This document shows positions 16,967-25,660 of a DNA stretch of 25,662 nt, one piece after another. The stretch is taken from NCBI GenBank assembly GCA_039586365.1, contig JBDHKN010000067.1, positions 1-25,662 on the forward strand, written 5' to 3'. Under the pieces are notes generated by a model. The model searched no databases and had not been told where the DNA came from. It worked only from the letters and a program-made list of their open reading frames with translations. Source of the stretch: Gemmatimonadota bacterium (lineage in GTDB: Bacteria; Gemmatimonadota; Gemmatimonadetes; Gemmatimonadales; GWC2-71-9). Made by a program: the position numbers and the translations under genes. The first letter of the stretch is position 1. The number at the start of each line of letters is the position of its first letter.

Positions 16967-18622
16967 CTAGAAGAAGACGGGTTCGCGGTATGCACCATAT
17001 ACCTGCTCAAGCGCATGCCTAATCTCGAACAAAGTACAATAGCTTCGAGCGCAATCGAGCATCGGGGGTATGAGATTCTCATCACGTTCCGCGGACTCAC
17101 GCAGCGTTCGAAGGCAATGATCCACTTGATCGTTGTCACGGCGTGCTCTCAACGCAGCCAGTCGCTGACGCTGTATCACGCCGGCCTCTTCACTGACCTT
17201 GAGGATCTCGAGTTCCTCCTGATCTTCCTCGATGAATTCGTTGACTCCTACGATCATGCGCCGACGTTGTTCGACTTCATGCTGGAATCTGAGAGCACTC
17301 TGCGCGATCTTCTGCTGGAACCAACCGCTCTCGACACCCTTCACCACACCACCAACCTGTCCGATCGCGGCAAACAGTTCTTCGGCCTCCTGCTCCATTC
17401 GGTTTGTCAACGCCTCAACGTAGTAGGAACCTCCCAAGGGGTCGGTAACGTTGGCAACTCCCGTCTCATAGGCCAGTACCTGCTGGGTCCGCAGAGCCAA
17501 CTTCACTGCCGCTTCCGTGGGCAGGGCAAGTGTCTCGTCCAATGAGTTGGTGTGTAGCGATTGAGCACCAGCAAGGGTTGCAGCCATCGCTTGGTACGCC
17601 ACCCGCACCACATTGTTCATCGGTTGCTGAGCTGTCAGGGAGACCCCTGCGGTCTGGCAGTGAAACCGCATCACCTCGGACCGCCGACTCTTGGCACCGT
17701 ATCGCTCTCGCATGTGGCGTGCCCAGATGCGACGGCCTGCCCGCATCTTGGCAATTTCCTCGAAGAAATCGTTGTGCACGTCCCAGAAGAACGATAGGCG
17801 CGGAGCGAACGCGTCAAGGTCAAGTCCTCGCGCCGTGGCCCGCTCCACATACTCGAAGCCATTGGCCAGTGTGAACGCCAGTTCCTGCACTGCCGTGGCG
17901 CCGGCTTCACGAATATGATAACCGCTGATGGAGATCGTATTCCACAAAGGGGTATGCTCAGATGCCCACTCGAACAGGTCGACAATGATCTTGAGAGCTG
18001 GCTCCACAGGGTAAACCCATGCATGCTGCGCCATGTACTCCTTCAAGATGTCGTTCTGCACGGTCCCGCGCAGACTGGAGATGTCGGCACCCTGCCGTTC
18101 AGCCGCCGCCACGTAGAAACAGAACAGCATCGCTGCTGGACCGTTGATCGTCATGGACGTCGACACCTGGTCCATCGGAATGCCGTCGAACAGAGTCTCC
18201 ATGTCCTCAAGCGACGAAACTGCCACCCCGCATTTGCCGACTTCTCCTTCCGACTCAGGGCTATCGGAGTCGTACCCCATCAACGTTGGGAAATCGAATG
18301 CCACAGAGAGTCCCGTCTGGCCGCGATCGAGCAAGAACTTGTACCGCCGGTTCGTGTCTTCGGCTGTTCCAAACCCCGAGAACTGCCGCATGGTCCAGAG
18401 TCTTCCGCGGTACATGGTAGGATGAATGCCACGCGTATAGGGGAAACTCCCCGGATAGCTCAGTTGAGTTTCGTACTCGAACCCCTGCAAGTCGTCCGGC
18501 GTGTACAGGGGTTCCACGTCGGCTGAGCTCTGTGACACGAAGTCGATACTTCGCTTGGATCCCTGCTCGTACTCCTTGCGCCAAGCGTCACGCGCCCCAT
18601 CATTCTTCATCGCTGAAGCCAC
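16967..18622 (-). CDS. icmA: AdoCbl-dependent acyl-CoA mutase large subunit, isobutyryl-CoA mutase type
   Basis: PYTRGIHPTMYRGRLWTMRQFSGFG, GLSVAFD, QNDILKEYMAQ, SISGYHIREAG, HTNSLDE. No fused B12 domain. F81 and Q199 sit at the substrate-specificity positions. Start is GTG18622 or ATG18610. Confidence 0.88.
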   Translation of the reverse strand: MASAMKNDGARDAWRKEYEQGSKRSIDFVSQSSADVEPLYTPDDLQGFEYETQLSYPGSFPYTRGIHPTMYRGRLWTMRQFSGFGTAEDTNRRYKFLLDRGQTGLSVAFDFPTLMGYDSDSPESEGEVGKCGVAVSSLEDMETLFDGIPMDQVSTSMTINGPAAMLFCFYVAAAERQGADISSLRGTVQNDILKEYMAQHAWVYPVEPALKIIVDLFEWASEHTPLWNTISISGYHIREAGATAVQELAFTLANGFEYVERATARGLDLDAFAPRLSFFWDVHNDFFEEIAKMRAGRRIWARHMRERYGAKSRRSEVMRFHCQTAGVSLTAQQPMNNVVRVAYQAMAATLAGAQSLHTNSLDETLALPTEAAVKLALRTQQVLAYETGVANVTDPLGGSYYVEALTNRMEQEAEELFAAIGQVGGVVKGVESGWFQQKIAQSALRFQHEVEQRRRMIVGVNEFIEEDQEELEILKVSEEAGVIQRQRLAALRARRDNDQVDHCLRTLRESAERDENLIPPMLDCARSYCTLFEIRHALEQVYGAYREPVFF

Positions 18623-19694
18623 CTGTTCTCACTCCTGCAACAATGTCTTGAGCCAGCCGATAGGGACTGGTAGTACCGCTCACCACGCCGTCAATGCCTT
18701 CAGCCAGGATCCGTTCTCCGTCGCCTTGCCGCCAAATCAGGCTGCTGAGGGTACGGTCAACCACGTCGCGCGTGTGACGTTCCAACCGCTCGCGACGCCG
18801 GGTGTGAAGCTCACCGCTGGCCTGTAGATGCGAGTAGTGGTCTTGTAGAGCTTTGACCAATCCCGGCACACCTTCACCCCTCACAGCCACAGTACCGAGA
18901 ATGCGTGGCACCCAGGCCACAGATTCAATGCCCGGGGACATTGACTCGACTTCGCTCCCCGGAAAGTCCGGCTTGTGATGTGGCGCGATCTGTCTGTATG
19001 CGTTCCCCTGGCGCAGTCCCAGCATCACATCGACTTCCTGCATCAGCTGTTCGGCCCCTGACCGATCCGCCTTATTTACCACGAATACGTCCGCGATCTC
19101 CATTACACCGGCTTTGAGCACCTGGATCCCATCACCGGATTCCGGCACCAACACCAGAACCGAGGTATCTGCGTTGGCCGCGATCTTCAACTCCGACTGG
19201 CCAACACCGACCGTTTCGATGATGATCCGGTCGAAGCCAAATGCGTCCAGCACATCGCAGACTTCTCGGGTGGAGGTGGCCAGGCCGCCGAGTGCACCGC
19301 GTGCCGCCATTGAGCGGATGTAGACTCCCGAGTCGAGCGCGACCGAGTTCATCCGGATCCTGTCGCCCAGCAGCGCTCCCCCACTGAACGGACTCGTGGG
19401 ATCCACCGCTATGACTGCGACAGTCATGTTCAGCGCGCGGTATCCTTGGATCAACTGCTCGGCGAGCGTGGATTTACCTGCTCCCGGAGGACCCGTAATG
19501 CCAATCCGGTGCGCCTTACCAACGCCAGGATGCAGGGCTGACAACAGTGCCTCGTAGCCGTCACGTCCGTTCTCTACCAGGGAGATCGCTTTGGCTAGGG
19601 CTGGGACTTCTCCGTTCTTGATGCCTTCCAGCAATCCGTCGTTCTGCACCGTTTTAAGTTCGCGTGTCAATGCCAACTGTCGCAAGCCATCCAT
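18600..19694 (-). CDS. meaB: MeaB/ArgK family G3E GTPase, B12 mutase chaperone
   Basis: GITGPPGAGKST, AVDPTSPFSGGALLGDRIRM, IETVGVGQSE, NKAD. Start is ATG19694, overlapping the mgtE stop (TGATG), or GTG19649. The track start at 20219 runs inside mgtE. Confidence 0.93.
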   Translation of the reverse strand: MDGLRQLALTRELKTVQNDGLLEGIKNGEVPALAKAISLVENGRDGYEALLSALHPGVGKAHRIGITGPPGAGKSTLAEQLIQGYRALNMTVAVIAVDPTSPFSGGALLGDRIRMNSVALDSGVYIRSMAARGALGGLATSTREVCDVLDAFGFDRIIIETVGVGQSELKIAANADTSVLVLVPESGDGIQVLKAGVMEIADVFVVNKADRSGAEQLMQEVDVMLGLRQGNAYRQIAPHHKPDFPGSEVESMSPGIESVAWVPRILGTVAVRGEGVPGLVKALQDHYSHLQASGELHTRRRERLERHTRDVVDRTLSSLIWRQGDGERILAEGIDGVVSGTTSPYRLAQDIVAGVRTGGFSDEE

Positions 19695-21055
19695 CAAAGG
19701 GAAGGCAGGAGAAACACCGCCGCCAATCCAAACAGCAAGAAGAATGCTACGACATCCGTCAGTGCCGTGACAAAAACCGAGCTTGCCACAGCCGGGTCTA
19801 CGCCGAGCTTCTGCAACATAAGGGGAATGGCGGCACCCGCAGCCGTAGCCAGGGCCAGACTGCCCCACATCGCCAACATCACCACAACCCCAAAGCCCCA
19901 TCCTCTGGCTAATGCCGCGATGGTTCCCAGCACCAACCCGACGGCCAACCCATTCACCACACCCACCAGAACCTCTTTCCCAAGTACTCGGAACGCGGTA
20001 CCTCGGGGTGTCATGCCTACAGCAATGCGACGCACGGTGACGGCTAGGGCCTGGGTGCCAGCATTGCCTCCCATCGCTGCTATGACGGGCATCAAGGCGG
20101 CCAGCAGCGTCAGTCGTTGAAGCGTGTCCTCGAACAGGTAGACGACCGCTCCCGCAAATGCTGCGGTCACCATGTTCAGGTATAGCCATGGGAGTCGATT
20201 TCGTACCGCCTGGTGCCACTCACCAGCTAGTTCCTCCTCGGGCGGAGCACCACCGAACTTCAGGATGTCTTCCGTAGCCTCTTCCTCGACCACATCCATT
20301 ACGTCGTCGAACGTCACTCGACCGAGTAGCTTGCCTTGACGACTTACAACAGGGATCGTTGGCAGATTGTACCGCTGAATAAGGAGGGCGACCTCCTCCT
20401 GGTCTTGATCCGTGGTGACGGTGGCTGGCGTCGCCTCCATGATTTCCCGCACCGGTGTGCTCGGCTTGGCGACCACTAGGCGTTGTATCGGCAAGACACC
20501 CACCAGCCGAGATTGGTCATCGACGCAAAAGATCTGGTAGAAGTCCTCGACCTCCTCGGCCTGCCGCCGGACGTCGTCGATCGCTTCCGCCGCCGTCAGT
20601 GACTCCGACACCGCCACTACCGCCGCAGTCATTCGACCGCCGGCGGTGTCCTCGTCATAGTGGAGCAAGCGTTCGATGTCAGCTCGATCAGCCACGGAAC
20701 TGAGGATGCGGGCCGCCTGGTCTACAGGTAGCTCCGCGATCAGATCGGCTGCATCGTCGTCCTCAAGCTCCTCTACGATGTCGGCAGCCTGTTCGGGATG
20801 CAGAGCGGCGAGAACGTCCTCCGGGTGTTCCTCCTCCTCCATTTCGGCGAGAGCTTGCGACACTATCTCCGGCGGTAGCTCCTTCACCATACTGAGCCGC
20901 ACGTCAGCATTGAGCGCCGCTAGTACGTCGGACAGATCGGACGGGTGGAGGTGACGAGCCCGGGCCAGGAAGCGGACCACATGGCCCCTTTCCGCAAGCT
21001 CCTGCAACTCTTCCTGGAACTCAGGGTTCTCGTCTAGCCGAATGTATCCTTCCAT
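19694..21055 (-). CDS. mgtE: Magnesium transporter MgtE
   Basis: N domain LHPSDL; CBS pair (YDEDTAGGRMT, LLGRVTFDDVMD); TM region RLPWL, MPVIAAMGGNAGTQ, DPAVASSVFVTALTDV. Confidence 0.96.
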   Translation of the reverse strand: MEGYIRLDENPEFQEELQELAERGHVVRFLARARHLHPSDLSDVLAALNADVRLSMVKELPPEIVSQALAEMEEEEHPEDVLAALHPEQAADIVEELEDDDAADLIAELPVDQAARILSSVADRADIERLLHYDEDTAGGRMTAAVVAVSESLTAAEAIDDVRRQAEEVEDFYQIFCVDDQSRLVGVLPIQRLVVAKPSTPVREIMEATPATVTTDQDQEEVALLIQRYNLPTIPVVSRQGKLLGRVTFDDVMDVVEEEATEDILKFGGAPPEEELAGEWHQAVRNRLPWLYLNMVTAAFAGAVVYLFEDTLQRLTLLAALMPVIAAMGGNAGTQALAVTVRRIAVGMTPRGTAFRVLGKEVLVGVVNGLAVGLVLGTIAALARGWGFGVVVMLAMWGSLALATAAGAAIPLMLQKLGVDPAVASSVFVTALTDVVAFFLLFGLAAVFLLPSL

Positions 21056-21744
21056 TCACCCGTGTCCTTGAGGAGCGATTCGAGGTCTAGTCCACGGCGC
21101 ACCACCGGGCTCAACCTGTCGGACGGATTCACGGCACCCGCTGAGATAACGAGCTTCATTGCTTCTTCAACGGGCGTGTCGGAGTCTCGGATCTTCGATC
21201 GCGGTACCACAATCATGAACCCAGACGTAGGGTTGGGAGTGGTCGGCACGAAAACATTCACGCAGGGCTCGCCGATGAGCTGCGCCATCTCAGGGCTATC
21301 TTCATTGGTCACAAACGCGATAGCCCAGAGACCTTCCACCGGGTACGGGATCAACACTGTACGAAGGAACAGCCGGCGCCGGCGTCCTATCACAGCCTGA
21401 GCTATCTGACTGATGCTATTGTAGATCACTGCGGTGAGCGGGAAGCGTGAAAGTTGGTGATTCCACCAACTCAATACCTGCCGCCCAGCCGCCAAGTGCA
21501 CAAGCCATCCGACTATCACCACAAACAATGCTAGCAGCACGAATCCCAATCCAGGGATCGGAAAGCCCACTACCCGCTGCACGGGCACACCGAGCCAGCC
21601 GTCGATTGTCTGAAACACCAAATTCAGCACGGCGATCGTGACGCCTATCGGTGCGATGACCACGAGCCCGACTATGAAATACCGTCGCAACCGCTTGCTG
21701 AACGGACTCTTCTGCGTCCCTAGCGGAACGGGCGGCGTGGTCAC
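21034..21744 (-). CDS. DUF502 domain membrane protein
   Basis: RRYFIVGLVVIAPIGVT, VLIPYP, VFVPTTPNPTSGF, VEEAMKLVISAG. Confidence 0.92.
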   Translation of the reverse strand: MTTPPVPLGTQKSPFSKRLRRYFIVGLVVIAPIGVTIAVLNLVFQTIDGWLGVPVQRVVGFPIPGLGFVLLALFVVIVGWLVHLAAGRQVLSWWNHQLSRFPLTAVIYNSISQIAQAVIGRRRRLFLRTVLIPYPVEGLWAIAFVTNEDSPEMAQLIGEPCVNVFVPTTPNPTSGFMIVVPRSKIRDSDTPVEEAMKLVISAGAVNPSDRLSPVVRRGLDLESLLKDTGEWKDTFG

Positions 21745-22937
21745 TCGAGATTCCCATTCGACAGGTGGATCACTGGGGTCACTCCGCGCCGGACTACCAC
21801 CCGTTCGATCCGGGTGGCAGTGGCAGCCAAGACGTCGAACTCAAGCCCGGCCAATACGAAGCGCTCCCCAGTCTGAGGAATGCGTCCTACAGCCCGCGAC
21901 AGCAATCCACTCACTGTCTCAGCGTCCCCCGGAAGCGTAGCGCCGAGCCGGCTTGCGATTTCATCTGCAGGGGTGGTACCGGACACTTCCAGTACCTCAG
22001 CACTAGCCATGTCGCTCTCATCGGTTCCGTGGACAGCATGAAAAGTCAGCTGCACCAGCTCCTCCAGAAGATCCTGCAGCGTAGCGATTCCGGCGGTGCC
22101 ACCGTATTCATCGAGTACGACAGCCATGTGGAGCCTGTCTCTTTGCATCTCGAATAGTACGTCGGCACTGGACTTGGAGGCTGGCGCCATCGCGACAGGC
22201 CTTATGGTCAACTCAGCTCCGGGTTCCAGCTTGAGCAAATCGAAGGCGTAGTACATGCCGACTATGTTGTCGAGGGAGTCGCGATAGACGGGTATGCGCG
22301 AGTACCGTGACTCGACAAACACAGAACTCACCTCATCCACGAGCGTCCCCTCCCGCACTGCCACAATATCGGTGCGCGGTGTCATGACTTCCCTCACATG
22401 CTGCTCAGCAAAGGTAAGTACGCCCGATACGACCTTGAGCTCCTCGGTATTGGAGGCACGGTTCGACTCGGGCCTCGTCGGCGTGGCTGGCTCCGCACTC
22501 TCCGTAGGTGCCGATGACAGCGGGGCCAGCGGAACGAGAATGGGTGCGAGTTTCTCGACGACAGGGACCGCATTGCGAATCACTGATTCCGCCCACCGTC
22601 GGCCCGCAGCTCTAGGGAAGGCAAACGTCAGCGACAGTAGCAGAGGGACAGCCACTACCGGTACCGCGACCGAGACCAGCAGTAAGGGCATTCCTTGAAG
22701 CACCGCACGCATCGCCAAACCCGACACAAGACAGCCGATGGCCGCGATCGCGAGACCTGCTCCGGCTGCGCGGTCCGGAGCTGCCAATAGCATCCGTGCA
22801 GCACGAGCTCCAGTCGTTCGTCCCGACACCCACCGATACAGTTCGAGTTGGCTGACTGCGCTAGAGCCGACAGCCACGATCATGCCCGACACACTGACCA
22901 TCAATCCAATCGCGACGAGTATCCAGGCCCTCGTCAC
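21741..22937 (-). CDS. Hemolysin/TlyC family CNNM-CBS-CorC protein (paralog 2)
   Basis: Hydrophobic N-terminus, VREVMTPRTDI, YSRIPVY, MAVVLDEYGGTAGIATLQDLLEELV, CorC_HlyC domain (ETVSGLL...GRIP). Confidence 0.88.
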   Translation of the reverse strand: MTRAWILVAIGLMVSVSGMIVAVGSSAVSQLELYRWVSGRTTGARAARMLLAAPDRAAGAGLAIAAIGCLVSGLAMRAVLQGMPLLLVSVAVPVVAVPLLLSLTFAFPRAAGRRWAESVIRNAVPVVEKLAPILVPLAPLSSAPTESAEPATPTRPESNRASNTEELKVVSGVLTFAEQHVREVMTPRTDIVAVREGTLVDEVSSVFVESRYSRIPVYRDSLDNIVGMYYAFDLLKLEPGAELTIRPVAMAPASKSSADVLFEMQRDRLHMAVVLDEYGGTAGIATLQDLLEELVQLTFHAVHGTDESDMASAEVLEVSGTTPADEIASRLGATLPGDAETVSGLLSRAVGRIPQTGERFVLAGLEFDVLAATATRIERVVVRRGVTPVIHLSNGNLE

Positions 22938-24127
22938 CCGACTCCCTCGCTCCCTGCTGTCTCCGATCCAGTAGCGATGCGTTCGAAGTACACCCGCTTG
23001 ATACGGCGACGGATCACCTGCTCCACCACCACCCTGAATTCAGCTATCCTGAGCTCCTCCCCAGGCCTCGGCACACGTCCCAACTCGGAATAAACCAAGC
23101 CACCGACAGTGCTCACATCCTCGTTATCCATCGCCGTACCCAACAACTCGGCAAAGTCATCCAGAGCAAAGCTGCCGTCCACCCAAAACCGGTCTTCGCC
23201 CTCCCTTTCGACTGCTGGCTCCACATCCGAATCGTATTCACCATAGAGTTCTCCCACGACTTCCTCCAGAACATCTTCCAGCGTGATGATTCCGGAGGTC
23301 CCGCCAAACTCATCAACTACAACGGCCAAGTCACTTGGCCCACGTTGGAAGTCGCGTAGTTGGGCAGTCAACGTCTTCGATTCCGGTACAAACGGTGCGG
23401 GCCGTACGAATGCACGCCAACTTTCCGGGACAGAATCCCGACCCGTGATTGCGGCAGCCAGATCTTTGGCATACAGAATACCCACGATAGTATCGAGATC
23501 GTCACTGTACACCGGGAGTCGGGCATGGTCGCTGCGACGCAGCTGCTCAACGACCTCTCGCCAACACGACTCGGAGTTGAGAGCCTCCACATCCAGTCGC
23601 GGGGTCATGGCTTCCGCTACCGTCGCCTCCCCGAGCGAGAGGACACCATCTAGCACGTCGCGATGCTCGGGGCCGAAACTGTCAGTGGGACGCGCCGGAG
23701 CTGGCAGCCTTACGTGCGTCTTGACCTCGACCAACGTGATCAGTCCGAGCAACGGCCGGAATACGGTCAAGCTGCGCCGGGCCAAGGGACACAGACTGGC
23801 AGCAGCTCGTGGTAGTAGTGTTGCTAGACCGAGCGGGATGACCTCGGTGACCAAGAACAGAAGGACCAACGTGAGTGCGAGCCTCCCGACCGCTGACACA
23901 ACTGGCTGGTACCACCACCTGATTGCCTCTGATGCTGCGGCACCGGCCAGGATGAGCAGTGCCAGATGACACACGATAAGAGCCCTGTCAAGGGACACTG
24001 TGCCGCGCACGTCTGGCGCGTCACCCAGAGTGCTCGGAACGGACCGAGACCCCCGAGGCAGAACCAGCAGGCCTGCCCAGACCGCCGCCAGAGACGCAAC
24101 CACCGCCGCTACCGCTGTCACCGTCAT
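22934..24127 (-). CDS. Hemolysin/TlyC family CNNM-CBS-CorC protein (paralog 1)
   Basis: TVAEAMTPR, HARLPVY, VGILYAKD, AVVVDEFGGTSGIITLEDVLEEVVGE, STVGGLVYSELGRVP. ATGA overlap with ybeY. Confidence 0.9.
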   Translation of the reverse strand: MTVTAVAAVVASLAAVWAGLLVLPRGSRSVPSTLGDAPDVRGTVSLDRALIVCHLALLILAGAAASEAIRWWYQPVVSAVGRLALTLVLLFLVTEVIPLGLATLLPRAAASLCPLARRSLTVFRPLLGLITLVEVKTHVRLPAPARPTDSFGPEHRDVLDGVLSLGEATVAEAMTPRLDVEALNSESCWREVVEQLRRSDHARLPVYSDDLDTIVGILYAKDLAAAITGRDSVPESWRAFVRPAPFVPESKTLTAQLRDFQRGPSDLAVVVDEFGGTSGIITLEDVLEEVVGELYGEYDSDVEPAVEREGEDRFWVDGSFALDDFAELLGTAMDNEDVSTVGGLVYSELGRVPRPGEELRIAEFRVVVEQVIRRRIKRVYFERIATGSETAGSEGVG

Positions 24128-24582
24128 TGCGTTGGCCTATTGCTCTCGGTTGACAGCTCGCGCACGTAGCGTTCTTGCACACGCCACATGAGAGAAAGTG
24201 CCCGACCCTCGTCATCCGGGTGTTCGTATCCAAGTACATGGAGCGTACCGTGCACAACCAACCGCAACAACTCTTCCTCTCTCGATACATTCAGTCGTTG
24301 CGCAGATCGGTTAGCCAAACTGGAGCACAAGTAAACGTCGCCGACCACGCGACCTGGGTGGGGCAGGCTGAAAGCAATCACGTCAGTTGCACGATCACTT
24401 CCAAAAGTCCGTCTGTTGAGTGCGCGCATCCGCTGTCCTGACAGGAACGTCACGCTGACCTCGGCCGCGCCAATTCCCTCTCCATTCAACACGCCAACTA
24501 CTGCCCGTCGCACAGTTGCGACCGGCAGTGCGGCCTGTTGGGAAGCGTATTCTACGTGGATCTCACGACTCGGTTGTTGCAT
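24124..24582 (-). CDS. ybeY: rRNA maturation endoribonuclease YbeY
   Basis: MRALNRRTFG...TDVIAF, GDVYLC, VVHGTLHVLGYEH (H3xH5xH zinc motif). Confidence 0.95.
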   Translation of the reverse strand: MQQPSREIHVEYASQQAALPVATVRRAVVGVLNGEGIGAAEVSVTFLSGQRMRALNRRTFGSDRATDVIAFSLPHPGRVVGDVYLCSSLANRSAQRLNVSREEELLRLVVHGTLHVLGYEHPDDEGRALSLMWRVQERYVRELSTESNRPTQ

Positions 24583-25660
24583 CCCAGTCTGATGAGAGAC
24601 CGCCCGTTGAAGTTGGGTAGTCTATCCGGTTGTGGTGAGTCCCTTCGTAGACTCGGACGAACTCATCGCGGACCTGCGTCACTTGTGCCATTGTGAGGGG
24701 CGCATGGTCGAGCTGTCCGGCCTCGATTCGTTGCCTCACCAAGTAGTCGATCGCATCCCGGATCTTCTCCGGCGTTGGGTCTTCCAGCACTCTGATCGCG
24801 GCTTCGACGCTGTCACCGAACATTGCGACTGCCGTCTCTATCGATCGCGGTTTGGGACCAGGATACCGGAACTCTTCCAAGTTGATGTCGCTTGCACCAT
24901 TTCGGCTCCGCGCTCGATCCAGGAAGTACGTGATCTCCATCGTTCCATGGTGTTCCGGGATGAACGCTTTCACCGCATCCGGCAGCCGATGTTCGTTGGC
25001 AAGCAGAAGCCCCTCCCGGACATGATTGCGAATCATGGCGGCCGACACTTCGGGCTTGAGTTTGTCGTGGGGATTGGCACCAGGAGCCTGGTTCTCGACA
25101 AAGTACTGTGGTTTCTTCAGCTTGCCGATGTCGTGGTAGTAGCATCCCACGCGTGCCAGTAAGCCGTTTGCCCCGATCGCGTTACACGCAGCCTCACAGA
25201 GGTTCGCCAGAGCCAGGCTGTGAGCGTAGGTGCCTGGGGTCTCGGTAGCGAGGCGGCGCAGCAGTGGACGGTTCGGATCGGAAAGTTCGAGCAAAGTCAG
25301 CTCAGTGGTCACGCCCGTCATGCCTTCAAACAACGGCAGCGTGAAAGTCACCAAGGCCGCAGAGACCATCGCGTTGACACCGCCTAGCACGGCAGTGAGT
25401 CCCACAGAGGTGTATGGAAGTTCATGTCGGAGCTTCATAGTCAACCCAGCCAGCAGGAACGCGGCTGTGATCGCCAGCACTGACACGAGCAGCTGGTTGC
25501 GCCGCCTGATCGATCTCACGCTCAGTCCAGCCGCAACCCCACCAACCAGAGCAATGAATACCGCATCAGCTCCCCCATACACGGCTTGTGACCCGATCAG
25601 TACAGCCAAGACCATGGCACTCACCATCGCTAGTCGGCCGCCGATAAGGACGGTCACGAG
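24563..25660 (-). CDS. Membrane-bound 7TM-HD (HDIG) phosphohydrolase, PgpH-like; 5' part lies outside the window
   Basis: TM helices followed by LLELSD.N.PLL, PGTYAHS, YYHDIGK...YFVENQ, IRNHV, EHHGT, FRYPGPKP, DSVEAA. The frame is open at the window edge. Confidence 0.92.
   Translation of the reverse strand, partial: LVTVLIGGRLAMVSAMVLAVLIGSQAVYGGADAVFIALVGGVAAGLSVRSIRRRNQLLVSVLAITAAFLLAGLTMKLRHELPYTSVGLTAVLGGVNAMVSAALVTFTLPLFEGMTGVTTELTLLELSDPNRPLLRRLATETPGTYAHSLALANLCEAACNAIGANGLLARVGCYYHDIGKLKKPQYFVENQAPGANPHDKLKPEVSAAMIRNHVREGLLLANEHRLPDAVKAFIPEHHGTMEITYFLDRARSRNGASDINLEEFRYPGPKPRSIETAVAMFGDSVEAAIRVLEDPTPEKIRDAIDYLVRQRIEAGQLDHAPLTMAQVTQVRDEFVRVYEGTHHNRIDYPTSTGGLSSDWDATTES

Noticed and set aside
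19695..20219. 175-codon N-terminal extension of the MeaB ORF in the track
   Set aside because: Lies in another frame inside mgtE and has non-protein-like composition. MeaB homology starts after ATG19694.
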